A stretch of 64,000 nucleotides of DNA from the human T2T-CHM13v2.0 reference genome, Homo sapiens. Below are positions 33,346-62,011 of the stretch, piece by piece (the stretch's first letter is position 1; every line of letters begins with the position of its first letter). A program made the translations under genes and the position numbers. The stretch lies in assembly GCF_009914755.1 (NCBI RefSeq), contig NC_060928.1; one strand, written 5' to 3'. Under the pieces are notes generated by a model. The model ran no database searches. It saw only the letters and a list, made by a program, of their open reading frames with translations, and was not told where the DNA came from.

Positions 33346-33479
33346 GGTCTGGCAGCCGGAGACCAGGCCTCACCGCAGCCTCGCCACCCGTGGCCGAGCT
33401 CCCGGCTTCCCGTTCGTCCAGGCCAGCCGGGCAGGCCCCGCCCCCTGGTCCTCCAGGAAACGCTGCCGAGGAGTAGGCG

Positions 33480-33577
33480 GGGCGGGCGCTTTGGTTCCGA
33501 GGGTGCTTCTGCTCCGACTGCTTTTCCCACGGGCGTCATCTATAGTCCGGAGGACAGCCCCAGGGCAGAGGCCTCTG
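33480..33577 (+). ncRNA. Putative divergent non-coding first exon (PIGY-DT, or a distal 5' exon of the downstream gene)
   Basis: Strong donor CTG|GTGAGT at 33577/33578 at the + edge of the CpG island; start position is a guess. Confidence 0.5.
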
Positions 33578-36055
33578 GTGAGTGCCCCGCCGCCTTACCA
33601 GACTACAAACTAAACCAGTGTTTAAGTCAAGGTGTCTGGGTTTTCACCGGGGCCTGTCCAAGGATGCTAGGAAGCCAGTGGCCAGGCCTCAGAGTTGTAG
33701 GGAGTTAGGCTTGGACCTACGTGGTTACCTCCAAGTGAAGTTTCAAACACACTGTTATGTATTGTACCGAATGTATTGTCATGGATGTATTGAAAGCGCT
33801 CATTTGTTTCATGTACATCTTTACTATACCATTAGTTTCTGTAACCTTGTTTGGCTTTTTTCTCTCTCATTAAAAAAAGTGAGAACCTGGAAGGAAGGGC
33901 CTAGGCCTCTGACCCTCCAAAATATATAAATTCTTCCTGCCTGAGACCCAGTCATTGTGAAGTATTTGCGTAATAAAGCACAGCTAATTTACTTCTATAA
34001 ATGAGCTTGGAGGCCGCAAGGGGCCTAAATAGCTGTGTAACAGGCAGATGTGATCTGCCTGTTAAAGATCCATTCAATGAGTGGGTGATCCATTCAGTGA
34101 ATTTGTATCCCAGGTTTGCTTCCCACTCTCCAAGAAAGTGACCATGTTAGATCTCTTTCTTACAGTGTAGTAGATGGGAACTTGGGCTCTGGGGCCTGAC
34201 AGCTTGGTTCCCTGTCCACAATTAGTAGCTGGATGACTTTGGCAAATGACTTAACTGCTCATTTTCCTTATCTGTATAAGACTAATAATTGTACCTACCT
34301 TGTAGGTAGGGCATAAATGTGATTGTGCATTCGAAGAACATTTAGAAAAGTGCCTGGCACAAATTAATGCTCCATTAATGTTGTCTATTTTTATTTTTAG
34401 TTCATCTAGTTTTTCCATGTCCGAAGACTCAAAGATTCTCATTAGTCATCCATTTTTTCCCTCCGTTCTGCTGAATATCAACCTGAACTTTTTTTTTGCA
34501 TCACTGGGCATTATCATTTCACACTTTGAGTTCCTGGAGCTGGAAGTACAGAATCCAAAAATATGTTTATATTTTCAAATTTCTCTTCCACTCCAATGTA
34601 AAAATAAACTGACAAATGTTTATATGTTCATCCTAATTTTTTGTTTGTTTTTTGGGCCATCCTGTTTTTTTTAAAAAAAACAGTTTATTTTTTGATGTTC
34701 TTTGTTCACTAATGCTCAGAAGATTTTCTAAGGTTAATGTAGTTTATAGGATACCAAAAAGGAAACACTTCTACTGGATAGATATTTAAGAGATAATGAA
34801 AGTCTCTGGTTGCCTCACCTTCCTTCCCTCACAAAGCAATCTTTCACAGTCATAACTTTCCGTTATTAGAGTTACTAACGGACTAGAGAATAGGGCAGTT
34901 ATCGGGACATACCCTCAAGGGAAACTACTGTAAAGTTCCTATGTCACCTTCACACTATTTCCGACTAGGGCAGTAGCAGGAATTAATTTTTCAGTTGAAG
35001 TCAGTTGATACTTTGGGCTCAAGGGAAGGGGTGAGCTGTAGGAAAGATAAGTTTCTGCTTAAGGAGAAACAGCGCTTGACTTCTGCAAGCGCTGAGTGGG
35101 CCCAACCCTTGGCGCTTGTTGGGTAGGGGAAGGCACCCATGCTTAAGCCTCAGCTAGCTTGGCTGACAGATCTCTATCAACTGGGTTTTCTAACCAGTTA
35201 TAAATAAATTAGTTTCAGTTTGCCTCCACATAGAGGGTTTGAGGCAGTTCAGTTTACTTTATTTAGGGGAAGAATAGAGAGTAACAGCAAAGTATTGAAA
35301 ACATCCTCAAATTTATAACACCAGAAATCAACAACCAATATTTAAGGAACATATGAATGTATGACTATCACCATGTGTGTATTAAGTTGCAACATATCAA
35401 AGCAATATGTCCCTAAATAGCCCTTAGTAATGAAGAAATACAATTCATTTCTGCCTGTAGTATACTAAGCTAAATGTAGATGATAGGATAGGATCATGGG
35501 ACTGGAACTGGTCTTTTAAAAGTTAGTCCCTTTTCACTATTCACATGACTGACCTTTCGTGTCACATAGGCCTGTGCACAATAACCTGATGGTTTCTGGG
35601 CTCAGATACAATATAGCTGTGTGATCTTGGAGAAGCTACTTAAGTTCTCACCCTCAACCTTCTCACTTGTGAAATACAATAATAATAGTATGTAACTTAC
35701 AGTGTTTGAACAGACTAAATAAAACAATTCAAGTAAAACAGCACAGGGGCTAACACATTTAAAGAATGTTTAGCAATAAAATTATTTATTATGGTGAAAC
35801 TAGTAAACATTCTGATGGAAAGGGAAAGCACAAGGTACTTCTGGGACACTCTTTTTAACTGAAATGGAATTTTTCTAATTTCCAATATGGATACTATTGA
35901 AACACAATTCTTGGATTATCACACACATGAAGTTAGAAATCTCTAGGCAGAAGAGGGGCTGGACTATGTATTTTAACAGAGCCTGTCAATTCCAAATTTG
36001 GGGGCATTGAAATTTGTGAACCTGCAATCCAAAGAAATGAGTCAAAATAAATTTT

Positions 36056-36068
36056 CCACTAGATGGCA
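36056..36068 (+). promoter_or_regulatory. CTCF core motif CCACTAGATGGCA, with an AP-1 site (TGAGTCA) at 36039-36045
   Basis: Direct consensus match. Confidence 0.55.
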
Positions 36069-36174
36069 TCATTTAGTATTTGAACTAACATTTATCTCTG
36101 CTTGATCTTTTCTTTCTGTGATTACAAAGACTTACTTTCATTTTGCCAATTGTTTCTTAGTTTGACAACACTTA

Positions 36175-38547
<2,373 letters not shown>

Positions 38548-38838
38548 AAAAATCAAAGAAGTTTCCATTTCTCATCTATCAAAATAGTAAATATTTTAAA
38601 AATGTAATTCTTAATGTTTATGAATAAATGAATAAAGTATTAATTTATTAATTTATTGAATGTCCACTATGTGGCAGGCATGCACCATTATTCAGATTTA
38701 AAAATAAAAACTCATAACAACACAGAAAATTATAATAAGTGAAAAACAAGCAGGACACAAAAATGTATGCACAATGATTATATTTTTAAACCCAGAACAT
38801 CGGCATAGGGGCAAAAAACAAATAACAACCAAAATGTT

Positions 38839-40984
<2,146 letters not shown>

Positions 40985-41849
40985 AATAGTATTTCTTAAT
41001 GGGAGTCATCACCACTATTTTGTTCTTTAAAATATCCTATTCATACATATTTTGAAATATAAACTTTAAAAATAAGCGTTCACTAAAACTATAAATATAT
41101 CACAAGAAAATATCCAGATAAGCAACTCCACATGATATTAATTTGTCTATTTAGAACAAATGAAATCAATAAAAAATTTGCAGTTCTTTCCAACTCTGCT
41201 TGAAATCTGTGGCAGCTGTTGCTCTCTCAACCTCCATCTGAAGATGAGCTGTTGCTCTCTCAACCCTCCTATTTGAAGAAGTTGGAAAACGAACAAGTAC
41301 ATTTTCCAGACTCCTTTATAGATAGGGTTCTGGCTATGAAATAGACTCTGCCAGCTAGATACACACACGTGAAATTTGAAAGGGAGGCAGAGATGAGCTT
41401 CCTGCAGCAGGGAGAGTTGACACGCAGGTTCTGACAGACACAGGATTTGCATGGGTTAGATGAATGCTGCACTCTCTAGATGCAAGGGGCAGTGTCTTCT
41501 TAGCACAGGGCAGCTGTGGCAGCCACAGCAGTGGTTGCAGTAACAGTTTCTTCTGGGTCACAGCTATTAGAGCATTAGCTTAACACCAAAACTCCAGAAG
41601 CAGCCCCCTGTTTCTGCTTTTCCAGCCATTTTAATGAATTTATAAACACATAGTTCTGTATATTAAATTCCTATATACTGGAAATTCCTAGAACAATTTC
41701 TTTTTCCTACACTGAACCCTGACTGGTCAACTACCCCAGAGTGTAGATGTGATCATAAAATATGTAAATCACTTAGAATAGTGATTAATATATAGTAAAG
41801 AATAGTGGCCTGAAACACTATATAGATATCTATATAGATATATTTATAA

Positions 41850-42316
41850 AACAGGAGATTTATTACAGGAATTGACTTACACAATTACGGAGGCCTGGAA
41901 GTCCCATAATCTGCCCTCTGCAAGCTGGAAAACCAGCGGGAGAAAGCTGGTGATATAACTCAGTCCAAGTCCAAAGGCCTGAGAACCACGGGAGCCAACA
42001 GTGTAGGTCCAGATCAGAGCTCAAAGGCTCTAGAACCCAGCACCAGTATCTGAGGGCAGGGGAGTATATATGGCTGTCCCAGCTCAAATGAGAAGCAAAT
42101 GCACCCTTCCTCCACCTTTTTATTCTATTCAGGCTCTCATAGGATTGGATGATGTCCATTCACATAAGTGAGTGCAGATCTTCTTTACTCAACCTATAAA
42201 TTAAAATCCTAATCTCTTCCAGAAACACCCTCACAGATACAAACACAAATAATGTGTTACCAGCTAACTAGGCATCCCTCAGCTCAGTCAAGATGTCACA
42301 TAAAACTAACCATCAC
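41850..42316 (-). mobile_element. Older MLT2 (ERVL) LTR
   Basis: Ends cataaaactaaccatcaca; typical MLT2 body. Confidence 0.7.
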
Positions 42317-42531
42317 ATTGGCCCATTATAATAGAAAATAAAAGGTCCTGATCAGAATTACTAAAAAGAATGAAGAGTAGAAGTACTAACAAGTACTCAG
42401 GAAAACAATCATCCTCTGGACGTAGAGTTGTAATATTTAGGAAAACAATGTGGGGAATTTTCTTTTTGCAAGGGTTCAAGGGAGAGCTTGAGGAAGAGGC
42501 AAGATAACTTACCTCTTGTACTAATCCCATA

Positions 42532-43074
42532 TGTATTAGAGTTCTCTAGAGGGACAGAACTAATAGGATAGATGAATATACGAAACGGACTTTATTAAGG
42601 AGAATTGACTCACACGGTCACCAGGTGAAGTCCCACAGCAGGCCATCTGCAAGCTGAAGAGCAAGGAAGCCAGTCTGAGTCCCAAAACCTCAAAAGTAGG
42701 GAAGCCGACAGCGCAGCCTTCAGCCTGTGGCCGAAGGCCGGAGAATCCCTGGCGATCCACTGATGTATGTCCAAGAGTCCAAAAGCTGAAGAATTTGGGG
42801 CCTGATGTTTGAGGGCAGGAAGCATCCAGCATGGGAGAAAGATGAAGGCCAGAAAACTCAGCAGGTCTGCTCATTCCACCTTCTTCTGCCTGCTTTATTC
42901 TGCCCACGCTGGCAGGTGATTGGATGGTGCCCACCCACATTGAGGATGAGTCTGCGTCTCCCAGTCCACTGACTGAAATGTTAATCTCCTTTGGCAACAC
43001 CCTCACAGACACACCCAGGAACAATACTCTGTATCCTTCAATCCAATCAAGTTGACACATTATTAACCATCACA
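42532..43074 (-). mobile_element. MLT2A/B solo LTR (HERV-L), 543 bp
   Basis: TG...CA termini (tgtattagagttctctagagggacagaac ... attaaccatcaca); 5-bp TSD ccata/ccatg. Confidence 0.88.
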
Positions 43075-43689
43075 CCATGGAAAATTCTGATTTTATAAAT
43101 AAAATTGAAGGGATAAAAGGAGGCAAAACGATGTCACCTGAGACCTATGTGAGTAATTTGATGCTACTCATACTACTATCCCCTGCCCTTTCTCAAGGTT
43201 TTCCTTGTCATGATGCAGACTAGCTTGGAAGGGGACCGGTGAGAAACAGCATGCCAAAAGCCTTTGTAATTTCTCTTTCACATCTGGCTGTTCACCATTT
43301 CTTACAATTTGTTTCTTCATAAGTCTTCTGGCTTTCAGCACTTTGATCTTAATAGTCATGATTCTAATCTAGGCCTCAATGATTTAAAGTTGTGGCTAAC
43401 TTCATACATAGTCCTAATTTCTTTATCTCTACTTTTCTAACATTTTTCCCTTTAAAATCCCAATAATAAAACTTTCTTCTTTATCGTTCTTACTGGCAAC
43501 TTTGTTCAAAATTTCACAAAAAGAAAAGTTATTTATGCTTGGTTTTAAAGTGCTATGTACCTTCACTATCACCCAGGTTTCTTAGCTTCTATCTTTTTTT
43601 ACTCCCTTCCTCCCTCTTTCTACCTCCCATTCCTCCTTCTTCTCCACTGCCCTCCTGCTAATGGATAAATATGATCCATATCATCTGAC

Positions 43690-44070
43690 AGTGCTTTTCA
43701 AACTTGAATATGCATATGAGTCACCTGGGAATCTTGTTAAAATGCAAATTCTGACTCATTATGACTAGGATCATACTGAATAGGAGGCTTGAAATCTTTT
43801 CTTAACAGCTTCCGGATGCTGCTGCTGAATCGCAGACCACACTTTTAGTAGCAAGACTCCAGAACACTGGTTTTTCAACTGGAATGATTTTGAACCCCAG
43901 GAATATTTGGCAATGTGTGGATGTATTTTTGATGGTTACAACTGGGGTGGTGCTCCTGGGCAGAGGCCAGGGATGCCACCAAGCATCTTACCATGCACAG
44001 GACAGCCCCTCACGACAAAGAATTAACTGGCCCAAAATGTCAACAGTGACCAGGCTGAGGAATCCTGCTC
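43690..44070. mobile_element. MER5A (about 43690-43855) adjacent to MER20 (about 43866-44070)
   Basis: tcacctgggaatcttgttaaaatgcaaattctg (MER5A); agaggccagggatgc...gcacaggacagccc (MER20). Confidence 0.75.
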
Positions 44071-47000
44071 TAGAATGATTTTAAACACTATAATTACCCA
44101 GTGGCATCTTCTATTAGTCTAACAGTTTTGTTTTTTTTTTCCTAGAAAAAAACTTTCCAGTCCTCTTCCCTCTACTTAGTCAGTTCCTGTGACTAAAAGG
44201 ATCTCATACTGCAAGGCTTTTTTTCCCCAAACGTCTACCATTTCCTTTTCCAATTTATTAAATGAAAGTTATGAATGGAATTTTTCATGGCATTAACATG
44301 ATTTTAAAAGCCTCATGCTCTCAGAAAAAAATAAAAAATTAAGACAGCAAGTTTACAGCTTTGAAATGTGTGATTCTATATGGCTTTTTTATTATCCAGG
44401 TTTAAGCTAGTGCATTATGGTACCTTTGAAAACAACTGAAGTAATTCTCAAAATAATAATCAATAGGTGTTTTACTTTGTGTGTGTTTTCAATGACTGTT
44501 CAGGTTGTAGCCATCAAATAGTCCATAGTGTAAAAGGAAATGAACCTCCAAAAGAAGTATTTTTTTGTATTCAGATGAAGAAGATGGGGATATTGTAAAA
44601 GCTCTTTTATTACAGAAAGCTGTGTTTTCCATAGTTGAAGAGAGTCAGGAATTTGACAACTTTAACTTGATTTGACTCTCCAGTGATGTAGCTAACACAA
44701 GAGTTATTGCATATGAAAAAAATAGATAATTTTTACCAGAATCATGGCTAGATGAAAGTAAATTGAGTCCTGAGTATTTTTATTGAAACTATGGTCACAA
44801 TTCCAAGTTTTTGAAAGTCTGCTTTTCCTAGTTTTCTAAGCCTGTCAGGCATCTTTGACTGACTCAGAGACCAACCTTGAACTTACACCTGGCCTGCCAG
44901 CACCTAGGGCACTGCCCTGGGATTCCCACTCTGCCCTGCTTTCTTCTTGATTTCATTGCAATGGAAAATACGACTAAATATTTCAGTAGTTTGAGTTTGG
45001 TCTAGTCATTAGGGACATTTTATTTTAATGTAAAGATCTTACTGAAAAGTACTTTAGTCACCAACTTAGAGAATTCATAAACTGAAAAATGTTATATAAG
45101 GTGACTAAATCAGAATGATCTTCTTAAATTTACTATCCACTCACCTACACTTCCCCAGAAAACTCTCCTTGTTCTGTATTGAACTTAGTAAATGATACCA
45201 CCATCTTCTGAGTCACCTGGGCTGAGGTCTGAAGTCATGATGGACTTCATCTTTTCACCTCCCACATCCAATCACATGATGAAGGGCATCCCAAGGCAGG
45301 AGGACAGGAGCAAGTGTGTCAGCTCAGGTCTCTCTTCCTCTGCTTATAAAGCCACCAGTCCCATCATGGGGGTCCCACACGAATGACCTCATCTAATCCC
45401 AATTACCTCTCAAAGGCCCCACCTCCAACCAACAGATGAATTTGGCACTTAAGTTTCCAATACAAGACATTTGGAGGACATATTCAAACCACAGCACTCC
45501 TGAAATCTCTTACAGAAATATTACAGAGTAGAAATAATGCAAATGTTTCTTATGTCATAATGTAAGATAGAAAGATGGGAGTGCATCCAATTCTTGGTTC
45601 CATTTCCTTATTACAATAAACACAAATCATCTCATGGGGCTAGGATGACCTACCTCAATGCACCTTGCTTTGCATGTAATAGTTTAACAAATTAGTTATT
45701 CACTGATGCACTCAAGTGGCCAAAAGCTCCCAGATGATTTCCCTAGGTTTGTGCAAAAGCTTCTGGCATAGTGGCTTATGAGGCCCTCCAGCAACTGGCC
45801 CCAGACTGTCTCCAGCATATTCTCTCACTGTGGCCACTTCTCATCTTGAATTCAGCCATTCTGAACTATTTGTTGTCCCCATAATAGCCTGTTTCATAGC
45901 TCCATGTCTTTTGTTCATGCCATTTCTTCTGCCCAGAATATCTTTACTCCATTGTCCCTCTAAACCACTACTCAGCTTTTAAGACCCAATTCAAACACAG
46001 ACACTTTTATGAAGATTTTTCTAACTCCTTCCTTCTCCCTGCTTCCTGGGAATTGACCATCAATCCCTTGTATACAACAGTAAACTACCCTACCCCGACA
46101 CATACTCACTCACTCACTCACTCTTATTATAACATTTATTACTTCTTTACAAGTATTCTTTTATATGTCTGTCTCCTGTACTAATCTAGAAGATCCTTTA
46201 GGTCACATACCATGTGTATTTTATTTCTTTATCCCTAAATCTAGCACAGTGGCTGGCACATAGTATATGTTTAATAAACACTTGTAAAATGAATGTAATA
46301 TGTCTAGTACCAAATGTTGTTCCTCTTAACTTGCCAATAGAAAAAAATATTACACAGTTACAGAATCTGCTTGTAATTTAGCTACCTGTGAAAAGAAAAG
46401 CACAATGAATTTTTTTTCAATTTAGAGAAATTCAAAACATATAAACTCTTTCCCAATCTGATTATAATTTTGAGTAATATGTTAGGGTGGAGGTGCTAGA
46501 AGGAGTACTCTATCAGAGCTGTCTTCTAAATTATTTTCTGCCTGGGATTATATATTTTTAAAACACACACTAAAGTTATAAAAATACGACCAAGAATTCT
46601 TATATACTTTCACCTGGATTTCTTAAATTAACAGATTTCTGTAGCTAGATTTTAAAAAACTGACAGCAACTTGCAGACATGAGGTTCATTTACACTTTAA
46701 CACTTCAAAACAAAATGAAAACCAAAACAAAATATATTCTCTTACATCACCACAGGACAATTATCAAAATCAGAAAATTAATATTTATACAATATTACTG
46801 TATAATTTATGAATTTAAATTTCACCATTTGTTCCCTTAATGTATTTTTATAGCAAAAGGAAAAGGATTTCTGGTCCAAGATCCAATCCAGGATGAGACA
46901 TGACTTTTAGTCATCACGTCTCATTCATCTCTTGTAATCTGAAACAGTTCATTGGTCTTTTTTTGTCTTTCATGACCTTGATGTTTTGAGGCATTATGGG

Positions 47001-47979
47001 AAGTTTACTTGCAGCAAGTCTATTCCTCAATTTGGATGTGTCTGATATTTCTTCATGATTAGATTCAGGTAATATATATTTTTAAGTTACACATTTTTTG
47101 CCAGGATACCACAGAAGTAACACTGTGTCATTTTTAGTGCATCCTACCAAGAATTATTACTGGTTATGCTAACTCTGATCATTTGATTAAAGTGGTCCGT
47201 TTAAGTTGTCACTACTGTAAATTACTGTTTTCCTCTATGTAATCAATAAGTAGCATACAGGGATGAGGTTATATTGAAGGCTAAACAAAAGAGAGACCAA
47301 GTGTTCCTCTGTGTTCTAAATAGAAATTGTTTAGCTGTGTTATTTGGCCTTCTTAGAGATTACATATAAAAATCAAAAGACTTTAAAATGGTGATCTTCT
47401 GACATTTTTAGTGCTTTAGCTGCAAAATTATTTATAAAAACAAGATGTAGCTCTGAAATCCATAGCACTGAATATTAAAGCCTTAAGTAAATGGGAGATC
47501 TGCATTTAGCAGCCCCTCAGGGATGAAGCTCGAATAGCAGCAGAACTGTTGTTTCTGTGACACTGTGCATTTGGCTCACAGCTAGATCACTTGTCAAAAA
47601 CCTTCTGACAGGAAGATAATGTCCTATGTTATTAGCCATACTTTACAATCAAAAATAGGTTTATGTTGGTGTTAAATCTGTGAGTCCTTACTCTCAGCCT
47701 CTTTGTTTGACCCACATATTCTTTAAGGGAGAACTATATTGAAATGGTACAGGTGAATCAATGGATATTTACTTGTTTTCTGGAGTTAGAAATCTAACAC
47801 AATAAATGGGAGGTTCTTAAACTATTCTTTCAAATGGTTTTGCATCGCAGTAAAGGAACCATGCAGTTTGGAGTACAACATTTCCTTCTCTCACTAGATT
47901 CAGTTGCTAAAGACCTCTTTCACACTGCAATGCTCTTTGAGATGACACTGTACACCATGGAGTATCGTGGCAATAGCTG

Positions 47980-54795
<6,816 letters not shown>

Positions 54796-56984
54796 CACTC
54801 TTCCAGTCCTACTGGCTTGGTATAAAACGTTTCTCTTTCACATTACATGCCTGCATCAAAACATCTCATGTACCCCAGCCATAAATATATGCACCTACTC
54901 TGTGCCCACAGAAATTAAAAATAACATTTTTTTCTAAATAAAATAAAAAATTTTTGGTTATTCTACCAACTTTACAAGGACTTAAAGGGAGCTATCATAC
55001 ACTCCTCATGAGACTTTACAACACATATTTAAATTTGTGTAATTATTTAAAGGAAATCTTTCCTTTTGAGAATTCTTTTTTTTTTTTTTTTTTTTTAGAT
55101 AGGGTCTTGCTCTGTCACCCACGCCAAAGTGCAGTGGCGCAGTCATGGCTTATTGCAGCCTCACCCTCTTGGACTCGAGTGATCCTACCACTTCAGCATT
55201 TCGAGAATTCTTAATGATTAGGGAATTATGTATGAGAATTTTTTTTCTTTTTTAGAGACAGGATCTCGCTATGTTGCTCAGGCTGGTCTCAAACTCCTGG
55301 GCTCAAAGGATCTTCCTACCTCAACCTCCCAAATAGCTGGGACTAAAGGTGTGCACCACCATGCCTGGTTTCATTTTTAAAGTAATGATGGCTCTAAGAA
55401 AAATATCTATTTTCTCTTTTCATATGCTTGAAGAGAACTCAACTTTAAAGAGCTTTTAAATCTGAACTTAAAAAAAATTATTCAGGAATAATTCTAAACT
55501 AAAATCCAGTGCAAAATTATCCTAATATGCAGATGTAATCATTCAAGTGCTCTATATTTCCAACCTCCTTAATAGTGGTATAAATGTGAATCTCAACCAA
55601 ATATTTAAGAAGAGACTTCATTGCTCTTTAGGGAAAAAAATCACTTATTAATAGTATAGATTAGGTATACTACACTAAAAACAATCCCTAAGTCTTAGTG
55701 GCTTAAAAGAACAAGTGTATTTTGTGTTTATGCTATTAGGTTGAATTACTTGAAATTTCCAGTATTTCACAATTTTTGAACTAGAGATACTGTAAATTCA
55801 TATGGATTGGTGTAATCCATATCATTCACAGAATGATTGGGGTCTCTATTCCATGTTGTCTATACTGAGAGGCACAGTCTAACAGAAGTTGCACCAGCTA
55901 GGATATTGCTGGTTACCTTGGCAGAAGGAAAAGAACTGAAGAAAGTACACACATCATTTAACACTGCACCTCTGTTGGTCAAAAAATGTTATAAGGCTGT
56001 ATCTAACTTCAGCGGGGTAGGATAGTGCTATCTATATGCCAGGAAAAAGGAGAACTTGAATATTATTGACTACCAAATCTGGTAGTGTTTAATGATTCTT
56101 TTATATACTTTTTTAGTTCTTTGTTTCCCCTCCCTCCCTCCCTTCCTCCCTTCCTCCTTTCCTTCCTTCCTTCCTTCTTGGTCTTGCTCTGTCACCCAGG
56201 CTGGAGTGCAGTGGTGCGATCATGGCTCACTGCAGCCTCGACCTCCTGGGTTTAACTGATTTTCCCGCTTCAGACCCCCCAGGGAAGCTGGGACTACAGG
56301 CGTGCGCCACCATGCCTGGCTAATCTAGTCCTTTCATGCATTGTGTAACCTGTTTCAATGAAATCATATGGCTCAATTGTGCAGATGATTGTTTTTATTT
56401 TTGTTTTTGTGCACTATACAAATTGAAACTCATTGGGCATTGTTAATCCCAGATGAATCTAATGTATTTAGCCTCTGTCATAGAGTTTCAGAAATAAGTT
56501 TTGGACCTTGTTATTATTAAAATAATAGGCTCCCTGAGTTACTATTCTTCAATAATGTGTCATATTCCCCTAGACCATGTGACATAGTTCCTAGGCTAGG
56601 GTGATTTTAAAAAACTGTTTCTTGGTCTATAATTGAAATTCCACAACAGACACTGAAGAAGCCATGTTTCAGTACTTCCTTAACCTTTTTTTCTTTCTTT
56701 CATCCTAAACTTATATAATACACTATAACTTATAATATAATGCAATGTTTAAGACAATATTATGTTTAATAATGAAATGGTAGACAGCTTTATTAAACTA
56801 GTTGGCCTTATCAGATAAAATATCACTACTCTAGTGAAATTCCAGTTCTTAATTTTTATTCTTTGCTGGAGTATTGGTATAAGAATTGTCTTACAATTTT
56901 TTGGATAGAAAGTATAACAAGTAGCTAATCACTGCATTATTGTAACAAATATCAAAGGAATGTATACTTATAAATTTGTTTAAA

Positions 56985-59339
<2,355 letters not shown>

Positions 59340-59468
59340 TTCTTTTTCTTTTTCTTTTTTTTCTTTAGAGATGGGGTCTCGCTCTGTCACCCAGATGGGA
59401 GTGCAGTGTCGCAATATTGGTTCACTGCAACCTCCGCCTCCTAGGTTCAAGCGATTATCCTGCCTCAG

Positions 59469-62011
<2,543 letters not shown>

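Larger units (their letters stand above)
32790..33600. promoter_or_regulatory. CpG island and bidirectional promoter with GC boxes at 33435-33445 and 33476-33489
   Basis: Very high GC and CpG density; gccccgccccc and ggcggggcgggcg SP1/KLF motifs just upstream of the PYURF ATG. Confidence 0.9.

Noticed and set aside
32930-33613. 227-aa + strand ORF and other overlapping ORFs over the CpG island
   Set aside because: Non-ATG start, Arg/Pro/Ala-rich, antisense to PYURF exon 1; explained by stop-codon scarcity in GC-rich DNA.
42560-43060. 166-aa minus-strand ORF
   Set aside because: Lies wholly within the MLT2 LTR; LTR-derived spurious ORF.
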